This document shows, piece after piece, positions 1-8,862 of a stretch of DNA of 64,000 bases. Numbering within the stretch: position 1 is the stretch's first letter; every line of letters starts with the position of its first letter. The DNA comes from a virus: IMG/VR virus record IMGVR_UViG_3300031669_005140. One strand, given 5' to 3'. The position numbers and the translations under genes are program-made. The notes below the pieces were generated by a model. The model was not told where the DNA came from, did not search any database, and was given only the letters and a program-made list of their open reading frames with translations.

Positions 1-51
1 GATTGCTAGGGCGATAAGTATCGCTAAGGAAATTTTTAATTGTCTCATTGG

Positions 52-324
52 TTATTTAGTTATTGATTCCAGTGCCTCTTTAAAGAACTCTTCAAACCGT
101 TCCTTTGACACAAAGTTGTTTATGTCTGAATCTGTTATGGAATAGTGGCCACCTCCTTTGATGGAAACGCCCAATAGATCGTATGACACCATTATGTGTT
201 TATCCTCAAAGACAGCAACAATTGTGTCGCAACAGTCCTCGTCTTGATAGTATATGTAGACTGGGTAATCAATGTCTAGTTCCCTGTGTGTAGTGGTCTT
301 CTTGAAAACCTTTACCTTAGCCAT
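52..324 (-). CDS. hypothetical phage protein
   Basis: 90-aa ORF, co-oriented with its neighbours. Confidence 0.6.
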   Translation of the reverse strand: MAKVKVFKKTTTHRELDIDYPVYIYYQDEDCCDTIVAVFEDKHIMVSYDLLGVSIKGGGHYSITDSDINNFVSKERFEEFFKEALESITK

Positions 325-343
325 ATCGTTTTTTTGTTATTAG

Positions 344-598
344 TTATTTGCCATGTAGCACAGCATCGGCTATTACGTATATGGTTAGCATATCGTTGTA
401 CAGCCTAGCAAGATCGTTGGAATTGCGTATCGCATCAATAAGGCTTGGTCGGGAAGCGGCGATAGCGAATATACGCTCTAAGGCATAGTGGCTTTGTTTA
501 ATGGCTAGTTGCTCCTGTTCCAATCTATCGGCCCAATCGTTCTTATCTGTTCTTTCATCAAAGGATTTCATATTATCCTCTATGGTAGGTTTCTTCAT
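344..598 (-). CDS. hypothetical phage protein
   Basis: 84-aa ORF in the minus-strand gene run. Confidence 0.55.
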   Translation of the reverse strand: MKKPTIEDNMKSFDERTDKNDWADRLEQEQLAIKQSHYALERIFAIAASRPSLIDAIRNSNDLARLYNDMLTIYVIADAVLHGK

Positions 599-915
599 TG
601 CTATTTACTTTTTAATGAACACCTGCTTGATTCTAGGCCAAGCCCTATCTATTATTACCAAAAGAATGATGGTTACGAATAGCAGCGTCATCAGGAAGGA
701 TATTAGGTCTAGGAAGTCGTAGATCATAGGTTTTCTATTTCTTTTTTAATAATGAATAGTTGAGTATAGCATCAATCTACCCATTTATAAAGTAAAAGAA
801 TAGCTATCATAAATGGAAGAAATAGAATGATAATAGCGTAAGCTAAGGCTACAACCAAGTATTTTAAGAATGTATTCATCTCGTTTGTTTTAGGTTAAAT
901 TCACTCTGTTGTTTG

Positions 916-1033
916 TGATGGGAGCAGGACTCGAACCTGCACTTGTCGGCTCTACCTCGAAATAGCTTAATGGAGTGCTACTCCATACCCCGACACAGGT
1001 GACTGTTGCGTCTACCAATTTCGCCATCCCATC
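916..1033 (-). ncRNA. tRNA-like RNA (Leu-type D arm, aberrant anticodon arm, expanded variable region)
   Basis: Minus strand: acceptor GATGGGA/TCCCATC, D arm TGGCGAAATTGGTAGACGC, T arm GCAGG-TTCGAGT-CCTGC. The anticodon stem ACAG/CTGT closes only a 4-nt loop, and there is an insert of ~55 nt. Confidence 0.7.
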
Positions 1034-1037
1034 AATC

Positions 1038-1292
1038 TTATTCATACATATATGACACAGTGAGAAAAATCTTAATTAACTGGCACTGTTTTAGGCTTTC
1101 AAAGTATTTCTCACCGATAACCCCATATCCTGTCATATCGTTAATTTCCTTGGCACGTTCAGCCAGAGTTTCAATAGTGTCCTCCTTTGAATAGATAAAA
1201 GGTTTATCACAAGCATATATCCCTTCGCCCAAACGGTTTGCATCCACATATCTTCCACAATGCATCAATGCTTTAAATTCAGTCTCTATCAT
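1038..1292 (-). CDS. hypothetical phage protein
   Basis: 84-aa ORF coupled to denV by an ATGA overlap. Confidence 0.6.
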   Translation of the reverse strand: MIETEFKALMHCGRYVDANRLGEGIYACDKPFIYSKEDTIETLAERAKEINDMTGYGVIGEKYFESLKQCQLIKIFLTVSYMYE

Positions 1293-1726
1293 AATATTTT
1301 ATCGTTAACGTTGATAATACTTTTTACCATGTCAATATACTGATCTTTCCCGATAACTACGCCACAATGCCTGGGTATCTGTTTAGACTTTATGGTGTTT
1401 GATACTATCCGATCTACCACTGTCTTGGTATCCTCTGATGTTGGCACAAATGGATTATCATGCTCCATGGAGTTCTTCCAACTGCCGGAGTAATCACCTA
1501 CCCGAAACCCTCGCCTAATGCACTCGTTATGAATGTCCATATATCTGTTTAGAGTATAGGAACGCTTATCCGAAAAGAATAGAACGTGTCCACTTCCTAG
1601 TGTGAAATGCTTAGGAATAGATGACTTAAAACGAGTGTTAGGTATTCGCTTAGTCTCCCTATGCTCGGCTAGCAGATGTTGGTCTGATAGAACGGATACG
1701 GGTATTCCTGCGTTTATTCTTGTCAT
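1289..1726 (-). CDS. denV: pyrimidine dimer DNA glycosylase / T4 endonuclease V-like
   Basis: N-terminal MTRIN...LSDQHLLAEHRE..RI and FTLGSGHVLFF motifs typical of the T4 endonuclease V family. Confidence 0.9.
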   Translation of the reverse strand: MTRINAGIPVSVLSDQHLLAEHRETKRIPNTRFKSSIPKHFTLGSGHVLFFSDKRSYTLNRYMDIHNECIRRGFRVGDYSGSWKNSMEHDNPFVPTSEDTKTVVDRIVSNTIKSKQIPRHCGVVIGKDQYIDMVKSIINVNDKIL

Positions 1727-1901
1727 AGTTTAAAGTGTTAAAGTTAATAAGTGAAATTGGTAACTTACTTTGTTACGGGATATTACCCACGCTCTTCCCC
1801 ATATATCATTTCAGTATGTGAATTTTAAAAAATTCATAGATAGTTGTAATTTAGTTTTCATAACTTTAAATTTTACATTAGTATATTTAATTGTTAATTA
1901 G

Positions 1902-1975
1902 TGGACAATGACGGACTCGAACCGTGTTCCCCTCATTCCCGCAGTCGCTGTTTCACAACCACGGTAACATTGCCC
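1902..1975 (-). ncRNA. tRNA-like RNA (acceptor stem and T arm only)
   Basis: GGGCAATG...CATTGTCCA acceptor stem and ACGG-TTCGAGT-CCGT T arm. The interior forms one long hairpin (CCGTGGTTG/CGACTGCGG) instead of D and anticodon arms. Confidence 0.5.
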
Positions 1976-2361
1976 TTAATGTTTTAAAGAAAGTGCTTGC
2001 AATAAATATATTCCTGCTTTATCATACCCAAGTTTCCCGCTTTTCCTAGGATAGGGTGATTTGTCGTTTCAGCATGATTTGTCCGCAATTCAGAGCTTAC
2101 CTGGTGCAGTAGGAACGGTTAACCATCTAAATACTTATTACAAAACACTTTCAATGTTTAAAAGTAAGTGGTGGCATAACTTTTGGCCTTTTATGTCAGT
2201 CGCACGACGTGTTATAGCGGGTTATGCCTAGATTCCGTTTCCCTCTTTCAACCTTTCAGACTTTGCCATTGCTGGGAACATCTAGTTACTCAACTGAAAT
2301 TCGGTAGCATCTATCTATTTTACCACTCACAATATCTTCAAAGAACGTTGTTATTTCTGAT

Positions 2362-2721
2362 TCAAAGTAACGAAAAATATTCCAATCCACGAAATCGTTC
2401 GTCAAAATAGTTACATTTTTTTATCTCGTCGAACTTCTCGTTTAGGCTTTTGGTTGTTCTTACCTCCTTGTCTTCTGTGCGCTGGTTATATCCTAGAAAG
2501 AATAATCTTCTTGCTTCTTCTTCGGTATATGTTCTTTTGTTTTCATTTTTTCGTTTAGAGGCCAAGTCATCCAGTATCTCGCCAGCCAAGGATTGCAATT
2601 TCTTAGCATATTTGATCTCAACACCATTGCTCTTACTAAACATAACAAAGTTAGAATATCCATCAATTGACAACTCCGTTACAAGACTAATTAAGCGATC
2701 TGCTATTTGTTTCTTCTTCAT
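2362..2721 (-). CDS. hypothetical phage protein
   Basis: 119-aa ORF coupled to the upstream gene. Confidence 0.55.
   Translation of the reverse strand: MKKKQIADRLISLVTELSIDGYSNFVMFSKSNGVEIKYAKKLQSLAGEILDDLASKRKNENKRTYTEEEARRLFFLGYNQRTEDKEVRTTKSLNEKFDEIKKCNYFDERFRGLEYFSLL
2363..2407 (-). promoter_or_regulatory. TTTTGACGAACG-type promoter
   Basis: 12-mer at 2396-2407, 25 nt upstream of the -7-like TTACTTTG (2363-2370). Confidence 0.6.
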
Positions 2722-3179
2722 GGCTGCGTTGTTTTATTGTTTTGTCGCTTGTATAGCTTCTTTAGCGTGCTCAACTTGATGTATATGCAGTGGGTGTTAT
2801 CCCAGAACCTATAAATATCACACAGGACATATATTATCCCACCGAACTCTGTTACTCCATAAGAAACAAAATTATTATGTTCTTCTCTTGTAGTAGAAGA
2901 GAATAAAAGTTCCAATGGGTCTCTTTCTAAGCACGGAGTTCCTTTTGGGATAACGGGTAATTTTGAATATTTTTTTACGAATGGAATGAACCCTTTTGGG
3001 GTTGGCTTTGGGCCGGCCATATCTCTTAGGATGTCTACCCAAGATTCTATTCTATGCATCTCATCCGTAAGCATCTTTTCTACCTCCGGTGATTTTGTCC
3101 TTCCGAATAGCAATATGTTTATGTCAATAAGCCTAAAAGAAAGCAAACGCCTAAGGTCTTTTATTTTATCTCTGTCCAT
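2718..3179 (-). CDS. hypothetical phage protein
   Basis: 153-aa ORF. Confidence 0.55.
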   Translation of the reverse strand: MDRDKIKDLRRLLSFRLIDINILLFGRTKSPEVEKMLTDEMHRIESWVDILRDMAGPKPTPKGFIPFVKKYSKLPVIPKGTPCLERDPLELLFSSTTREEHNNFVSYGVTEFGGIIYVLCDIYRFWDNTHCIYIKLSTLKKLYKRQNNKTTQP

Positions 3180-3693
3180 GGCATTACTCCTCCTTCGACA
3201 TTAACGCTTCAAGTAATAGCAAGAACTGAGACTCTCTGCTGCACAGAGAAAACATACCATGAATCTGATCATAAAAGAAGTTACATCTTGGTCTAAACCA
3301 TGCCGAGTCATCTACTTTCATCCACAATACCATATCACAAGTTTTTTGACCATGAGTATCTGGGTTACCAGTGCTACTGTCGTGTGTAAATGTTATATTT
3401 CTACCAAAAAATTTTTGTACTACCATGACATTAAAGAATAAAGTGAGTGACATCTGAGAATATAGCCATGCTATTTAGGCATGTAAAGATATAGTGATCT
3501 CCATCGGATGCAGCCCAGCATGTTTTGCGTTCACCCTTGCTGTTTACGGCAATAAGTGGTGAGTATAGCGGAGGGCAATCGTCCTTTAGGCTAATCATTT
3601 TAAGAGGTTCTTCGGCCTTATATTTGTTCTTGGACATAGTATATCAGTTTTAGTTAGATAGTTCGTGTAATGGGCTAATACTAGTGTTTATCT

Positions 3694-3840
3694 TCATGAT
3701 ATCGGTTCTATTGGCATCCAGTGCGTAATTGATTGCCCAAAAAATGAATCGGGGCCAAACATTTACCATTTATAAAACGGAGCGTAAAACCCATTCATCG
3801 CCCTTGGCGTGGGTGGGTAGTTAACTTCAATCCAACTCAT
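3694..3840 (-). pseudogene. DUF551-like gene disrupted by a mini-IS and an in-frame stop
   Basis: Frame reads MSWIEV...KW*MFGPDSFFGQSITHWMPIEPIS*. The M-x-WI start and THWMP end are typical of DUF551. Confidence 0.6.
3774..3825 (+). mobile_element. non-autonomous mini IS200/IS605 derivative (PATE-like, fused left and right ends)
   Basis: 3' part CATCGCCCTTGGCGTGGGTGGGTAGTTAAC nearly matches the tnpB element right end; 5' part GGAGCGTAAAACCCA resembles its left end; preceded by TTAT. Confidence 0.7.
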
Positions 3841-3855
3841 ATGGATATTGGTTTT

Positions 3856-4266
3856 TTAATATTTGTTGATTAACTGATTACCGTGCTTAATTACAAAATA
3901 CAGTTTTCCGGGTTCTGCACCCCAATCAGGGTTTCCGGTTCTAATCTCGATTCCTTTATGATCAAGTCGTAAAATTCTATCTGTGTCAGTTGACTTAGGG
4001 TAGCCTAAAGTCATTATGTTGCAATCAAATCTCTTAGGAAAATGAAGATAGTAATTACCAATATGTTCAACGCTACAGCCTCTATTAATGTCTTCTAAAA
4101 TACTTGGAATCATTTCTTTGTCGCAGTCATTAAATAGTCGTTTAAACCAATACTCGTTGATTTCCCTATAATCTTCAGTCTTAATCCCATCCTTGGTCAT
4201 TTCAAACCATTGCTTCTTTAGAGATAATTGTAGGTTTTTCATAGTCGTGAAAGTTTCTCCCAACAT
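3856..4266 (-). CDS. ASCH/PUA-like domain protein
   Basis: LxLxLKKQWFEMxxxGxKTEDYRE motif and C-terminal G.PDWGAEP..YFVI. Confidence 0.8.
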   Translation of the reverse strand: MLGETFTTMKNLQLSLKKQWFEMTKDGIKTEDYREINEYWFKRLFNDCDKEMIPSILEDINRGCSVEHIGNYYLHFPKRFDCNIMTLGYPKSTDTDRILRLDHKGIEIRTGNPDWGAEPGKLYFVIKHGNQLINKY

Positions 4267-4764
4267 TAACCGTTAAACTCTTTGTTATTGATGGTAATTC
4301 CACCAACCATATAGTATACTAGGATAAGCCCAAGAACACACAGCGGAAAGAAAGCAACCATCATGGTGATGTTCCTTGATACCACATATATTGGGATTAT
4401 TGCCTCAGCGAAGAATCCTGCAATTCGGATGATTACCGTTCCGCCAATAAAGCCCATGCAAAATTCTGCGAAACTTTGCAGCAACTCTCTGTCTAGGTTA
4501 ATGTTTAGTTTAGTTTTCATATCGTTAGTTTTTAAAGTTCTGATTCTACCCACTCATCCTGTTTCTCATATGTCATCTCCATGGACTCAGCGTCACTCAT
4601 TGCCTCTGCCGTATCCAGCAACCCATACTCTATGTGCTCAGTTAATACTCCGTTGGCATTACAGGCAGCCATAAGGGTGTTTACCATCTTAACGCATAGG
4701 TCGGTATATTCGTATCCACCCATTAGCATTGTGCCTCTCAGTAGGGCAAGTGCATCTCTTGTAT

Positions 4765-5247
4765 TTATTTCCATTCGATTAGGTTGTTATATGTTTCTAT
4801 CATAGCAGAGTGATCGTATACAACGATTCTGGTAGTTACGCCATCACAGGGATGGTAGTAAGCCTTTAGCGTTTCTCCAGCATCCTTCCTGACAACCTCC
4901 TGCTTGACATTTTTAAGCAACACTCTCATTATCTGCTCACCACTCATGTTATTCCATAGCTGAGTCATAATAAATGGATATATAGTTTTACTGCTAACAT
5001 ACTTGTAGGCATAGTCTGCCTTAACCATTCCGGTATCCACCTTTCGGCTATAGCAGACACTCATTATGCAGAAGTATTTTTCGCTAGGACGAACGGTATC
5101 TCTGGTGAATCCGTTGGCCAGCATGAGAGAATCTACATAGAAAACGGTTGAGCATATAACACCCTCTGGAGCCTTAAATGCTATCGTAGGCTGTGCCTCG
5201 ACAACCACGGAGGTGAAAACAAATAGAAGAATAAGTAACTTTTTCAT
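4765..5247 (-). CDS. secreted/periplasmic hypothetical protein
   Basis: Likely start MKKLLILLFVFTSVVVEAQ (signal peptide), downstream of the promoter at 5270-5315. Confidence 0.55.
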   Translation of the reverse strand: MKKLLILLFVFTSVVVEAQPTIAFKAPEGVICSTVFYVDSLMLANGFTRDTVRPSEKYFCIMSVCYSRKVDTGMVKADYAYKYVSSKTIYPFIMTQLWNNMSGEQIMRVLLKNVKQEVVRKDAGETLKAYYHPCDGVTTRIVVYDHSAMIETYNNLIEWK

Positions 5248-5269
5248 AGCTAGTAAAAATTGATTAGGA

Positions 5270-5315
5270 CAAAGTAATGCTATTTTTTTTAGATACGCAA
5301 TACCGTTCGTCAAAA
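5270..5315 (-). promoter_or_regulatory. TTTTGACGAACG-type promoter
   Basis: 12-mer at 5304-5315, 26 nt upstream of TTACTTTG (5270-5277). Confidence 0.6.
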
Positions 5316-5337
5316 CGATAAAAACTATTTATCGACT

Positions 5338-5474
5338 GTTGACATTTTAGGAGTGTCTTCGGGAAGAATTTTTGCTTAACACTCAAAATTACCCAGCGGA
5401 ATATCATAACTTATTTAACCAAAAATTTGCACGGGCTAGAAAGCGTTTTGAAGAGCAATGATCAATTACAGTTG
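5338..5474 (+). repeat. ~135-bp direct repeat of 60356-60492 (gene fragment)
   Basis: Near-identical GAAGAATTTTTGCTTAACACTCAAAATTACCCAGCGG...GAAGAGCAATGATCAAT. Confidence 0.9.
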
Positions 5475-5556
5475 TTTCGATCAAATAGTATTCTTGTCGC
5501 AAAAACATACTATATTTGCGACAAGAATAATGGGTAAATAGGTTGTTGTCAATATG

Positions 5557-5603
5557 TAGTATTGTGTAGTTCAATTTGGTGAACTGTATTTATAAACTAG
5601 TTA
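5557..5603 (-). repeat. attI-like terminal site, copy 1 (near-identical to 8155-8200)
   Basis: Plus strand TAGTATTGTGTAGTTC...GTGAACTGT...TATAAACTAG|TTA. Confidence 0.75.
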
Positions 5604-6053
5604 GCTGCAAGCACTAATTATGTGCTTCGATTAAACTTTCTCCTTCATCATCACCATAAAAAAATTCGCAGAAAGAAAGTGAATTACTACCGTCATCATA
5701 AGCCTGTTCATTTATCCAGTCTTTAAATGTTTTTCTTTGCACGTCTCCTATATCACTTTCTCCCCACCCCTCTTTACTTCCATCGGGAGCTATAAAAAAG
5801 GATTGGTAACTATTCACATCACTTTCAATTATAGTTGAAGTTCTGCTTTTAAATATTTGAGTTGCTTTTTCGTGAGCCTTTTTTATTAACTCATCATTCC
5901 AGCTTGTTACAGCTATTGCGTGGTGTCTTATATATCCCATTTTTTTATTATTTAAGTGTTTCAAATTAAGTTACTGCTAAATTTACCGTGCCAGCAGCTA
6001 ACACGTTGTATAATTCATTGCGAAAAGCAACGAAATCATACAACCATTCGTTA
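5600..6053 (-). mobile_element. gene cassette A with upstream attC-like hairpin
   Basis: Ends GTTAGCTGCAAGCAC (5600) and GTGCCAGCAGCTAAC (to 6002) are 13/15 complementary; hairpin at 5999-6053. Confidence 0.75.
5614..5964 (-). CDS. hypothetical cassette-borne protein
   Basis: 116-aa ORF (probable start MGYIRHHAI) with APDGSKEGW motif. Confidence 0.7.
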   Translation of the reverse strand: MKHLNNKKMGYIRHHAIAVTSWNDELIKKAHEKATQIFKSRTSTIIESDVNSYQSFFIAPDGSKEGWGESDIGDVQRKTFKDWINEQAYDDGSNSLSFCEFFYGDDEGESLIEAHN

Positions 6054-6060
6054 ACGACAA

Positions 6061-6294
6061 TTAAAGAGAATGCTCCTTGCGATATTGTTTCAACCTTCCG
6101 ATAGTCAAGTTTTGTTGTATTATCGTTTGACTTAATTTTTGTGCTTGCCTAATTTGGTTAGGTTCTCCTGCAAATAATGATGCTTGCATATTTTCATTAG
6201 AAAATACCATTTTTTCAAGGCTTTGTAATCCTTTATCCCAACCAACCTTATTACACATATCTATTAACATTTTAAATGATGCGTCTTTTGCCAT
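6061..6294 (-). CDS. hypothetical cassette-borne protein (cassette B)
   Basis: 77-aa ORF between GTTA/TAAC cores at 6050 and 6316. Confidence 0.65.
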   Translation of the reverse strand: MAKDASFKMLIDMCNKVGWDKGLQSLEKMVFSNENMQASLFAGEPNQIRQAQKLSQTIIQQNLTIGRLKQYRKEHSL

Positions 6295-6345
6295 TTGATT
6301 AAAAACGTTTTATAACACGGTATGTAAGCCATCCCTTGTCAAGGT

Positions 6346-6735
6346 TTATTCTTTTCTGTTTGCTATGGCCGCCTGTTCCTGATAGATGCTAGACTTAGGA
6401 TAAAGACCGATTGCAGTAGGTTCCAACGGCAGTTCGTCGGGAAACTCATACTGCGAGGAGATGTCTACGATGCTTGCAGCGATCTCACAGGCATCCCTAC
6501 TTAACCTCCAGCCCCTATCCGTTACCATCCGATACTTTTTCCTTTTAGTATCGTGATGCGTTTTGAACGTGGTTGGAATATAAACTATTCCCTCTGGCTT
6601 CCTTATTGTAATGTAATCACCTTTCTTGCTTTCCTCAAAGTCCGTATCTCTTAGCTCTGGCTCGTGCCCATTAACAATGAGTGCTGCCGCTATGGACGAG
6701 CTGGCCTGAATAAAGTAATCCCTTAGTTGCCCCAT
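6346..6735 (-). CDS. hypothetical phage protein
   Basis: 129-aa ORF overlapping the end of the HNH gene. Confidence 0.55.
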   Translation of the reverse strand: MGQLRDYFIQASSSIAAALIVNGHEPELRDTDFEESKKGDYITIRKPEGIVYIPTTFKTHHDTKRKKYRMVTDRGWRLSRDACEIAASIVDISSQYEFPDELPLEPTAIGLYPKSSIYQEQAAIANRKE

Positions 6736-7178
6736 GAAAGATTATGATTAGAAATGAACCTATTGTAGTAATGCTCGTCTAGTGCCTTCATCCTGGATAG
6801 CACGGCTCCGAACGTCCTTGGAAACAGCTTTAGCAGGAAATTTACTGGCACAACGGTAAAGTTCTGGTCGAATACATCGTGATGCTCTCTACATGCCAAT
6901 ATTCCATTCCGTATGTCACCCCGTAGCAGCAAGGAATGGCTTTTAGGGATGATATGTGCCCAGTCTACCGGAAGATACCGCCCACATATTTCACAGCGAC
7001 TCCCAATACGCTGTACCATGGCTGCCTTGTTTGCACTGATACGGTTATCGGAGGCTCTTGTCTTCGTAGTTTTCTGCTTAATCTTTGGTAGGCTTCCTCT
7101 AAGATACTGGTGCTTTCTGCAATACCCGTGTGAGAAAACAGGGTATTTGCATCCTCCTGAGTTGCACTCTTTTGGCAT
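6723..7178 (-). CDS. HNH endonuclease-like protein (NinG-like)
   Basis: CEICG...AHII...N.ILACREHH zinc/HNH pattern; N-terminal C-C-C-H cluster. Confidence 0.75.
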   Translation of the reverse strand: MPKECNSGGCKYPVFSHGYCRKHQYLRGSLPKIKQKTTKTRASDNRISANKAAMVQRIGSRCEICGRYLPVDWAHIIPKSHSLLLRGDIRNGILACREHHDVFDQNFTVVPVNFLLKLFPRTFGAVLSRMKALDEHYYNRFISNHNLSWGN

Positions 7179-7525
7179 ACTTGTATACTTTTAGTGATGT
7201 TCAACTTATCGCAAGCGTAATCGATAATAGGGGTAATAAGAATATCGCTTCCCCGTTCTAGCCATCCGTCTACAATTGTTACAGATCGTAGCATGTTTGA
7301 GTGAGAAAACTTGGATAGCAACTTAACATCATCGTAGGCATTAGCCTTCATTCCATAGTATCGCATAAGAATAAACCGAGCAGCGTGACGACCGTAGCTA
7401 TGGCCCCTATCTCTGCAATCGCTATACATTAACTCTCCGATGTCGATGCCTTGGTATTCTGCAATCGGCCTACATACCCGCTCCAGCAACTCTTTATCAT
7501 ATTCTCTCATATACCTATTCCTCAT
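6965..7525 (-). CDS. DnaA C-terminal-like helix-turn-helix protein
   Basis: RDRGHSYGRHAARFILMRYYG...HSNMLRSV resembles DnaA_C-type phage HTH proteins. Confidence 0.4.
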   Translation of the reverse strand: MRNRYMREYDKELLERVCRPIAEYQGIDIGELMYSDCRDRGHSYGRHAARFILMRYYGMKANAYDDVKLLSKFSHSNMLRSVTIVDGWLERGSDILITPIIDYACDKLNITKSIQVCQKSATQEDANTLFSHTGIAESTSILEEAYQRLSRKLRRQEPPITVSVQTRQPWYSVLGVAVKYVGGIFR

Positions 7526-8154
7526 AGTCTGTATAAACCCTTAGTTTTCCTTCGTGATCGATAATGTAGGTTTCACTACAATCTGGACAGAAGATAGTCT
7601 CTCCATCGGCTATTAACTCACAGCCACAGTTCGTGCAGATGTATACCCTTAACTCTCCGGCTAAATCCTTAGTTCTTCCCATGTCTAAAAGTTTTTTAAT
7701 TTCTGAATGTATTGCTAACCATGCACAGGCTTCCACCTCTTCTCGCTCTGAGGCATCCTTGATGTAGTCAAAATTATACGGGGGCAACGACAGGTAATAC
7801 TTCCTCACTTTCGATAATATGGCTAACGCTTTCCGGTAGTTCGAGTTCTTCATAGATCATTCGTTTTATGTTATCCAATGTTAATCCAAATTCTATTATG
7901 GCCTCTTCGCTTAGGTTGTTCCCAGCATACATGCTCATCTGGTCGCTATGCTTCTTTATTCGCTCAATGTGGAACTTATCTGCAAAATTATACTTGTTCT
8001 GCATTCCGAGATTAACCTCTATCTCCCTAGATACCTCGTTGATTACTTCGGCCAGCTGGTATACGAGATGAATCTTTTTCTTCACCACCTCTGCAATAGC
8101 CAACTTCTGCTCCTTGGTTAGTTTTACTTTTTTTGTCATCGTTCCTTGTGTTTT

Positions 8155-8200
8155 AGTATTGTGTAGTTCGAATTAGTGAACTGTGCATATAAACTAGTTA
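8155..8200 (-). repeat. attI-like terminal site, copy 2
   Basis: Plus strand TAGTATTGTGTAGTTCGAATTAGTGAACTGTGCATATAAACTAG|TTA. Confidence 0.75.
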
Positions 8201-8209
8201 GCACCAATT

Positions 8210-8518
8210 TTAAGGAAGCAACTCGCATTCACGAACTCCCCACCATTGGTCAAAATCCCACTTAAACTCTTTCCAGTATTCAGGGTCGTTTTCTTCATCT
8301 AATTTTCGCATTTCATCCCACTGCTTTTGCTTTTCAGCTTTGTGAAATTCCATTGCCATTTCAGCTCCTTTATTTGTTTTGTGAATACTTATAGTAGCTG
8401 CTGCACTTTCGCAACAATCTGAATTATAAAGAAATTCATAAACAAATACTGGTGCTAACACAGGCTCAACCGCAATAGCGGGTTCTGTGGTTTGCGAAGT
8501 GTTCTGCTCTTTATTCAT
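8210..8518 (-). CDS. hypothetical cassette protein C (starts inside the hairpin loop)
   Basis: MNKEQNTSQTTEPAIAVEPVLAPV...; ATG at 8518 in the AT-rich loop. Confidence 0.7.
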   Translation of the reverse strand: MNKEQNTSQTTEPAIAVEPVLAPVFVYEFLYNSDCCESAAATISIHKTNKGAEMAMEFHKAEKQKQWDEMRKLDEENDPEYWKEFKWDFDQWWGVRECELLP

Positions 8519-8577
8519 ATTAGTTAAAATTGATAAGTTACTACTTTTTAATCCGCTACATGCGGTTACACTCACCG

Positions 8578-8862
8578 TTATGCACGATGAGAAGAACGTC
8601 TATCTTCAAGTCCGTGCTTCCATTTATGAACAGCTCTTAGTTTTGATAAATCGGTAACTTTTTCAAAGTAATCGTATGGTTCAGTCATACATCCACCTTT
8701 GCATTTAACTGTCATTACTTTATCCCGGCACTCCATTACTTGCATGGCTTCTTTGCACTGTGTAGGGGCAAAACCTTTCGCTGATGAGAGGATGAATAAA
8801 TCATCTTGCATAACACTATCTATAGTGCATGGCTGTTTGGTATTTGAAGTTTCGTTTTTCAT
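8578..8862 (-). CDS. hypothetical cassette protein D
   Basis: Starts in the hairpin loop; its stop TAA is part of the TAAC core. Confidence 0.7.
   Translation of the reverse strand: MKNETSNTKQPCTIDSVMQDDLFILSSAKGFAPTQCKEAMQVMECRDKVMTVKCKGGCMTEPYDYFEKVTDLSKLRAVHKWKHGLEDRRSSHRA

Noticed and set aside
2173-2228. GGCATAAC...GTTATGCC as another attC-like site
   Set aside because: The cores are complementary, but the internal arms pair poorly and no cassette gene is evident. It may be a decayed site, so it is not counted.
3643-3652. 10-nt match (TAAAACTGAT, minus strand) to the predicted TnpB guide
   Set aside because: Short and AT-rich, and preceded by TAAC rather than TTAC; compatible with chance.
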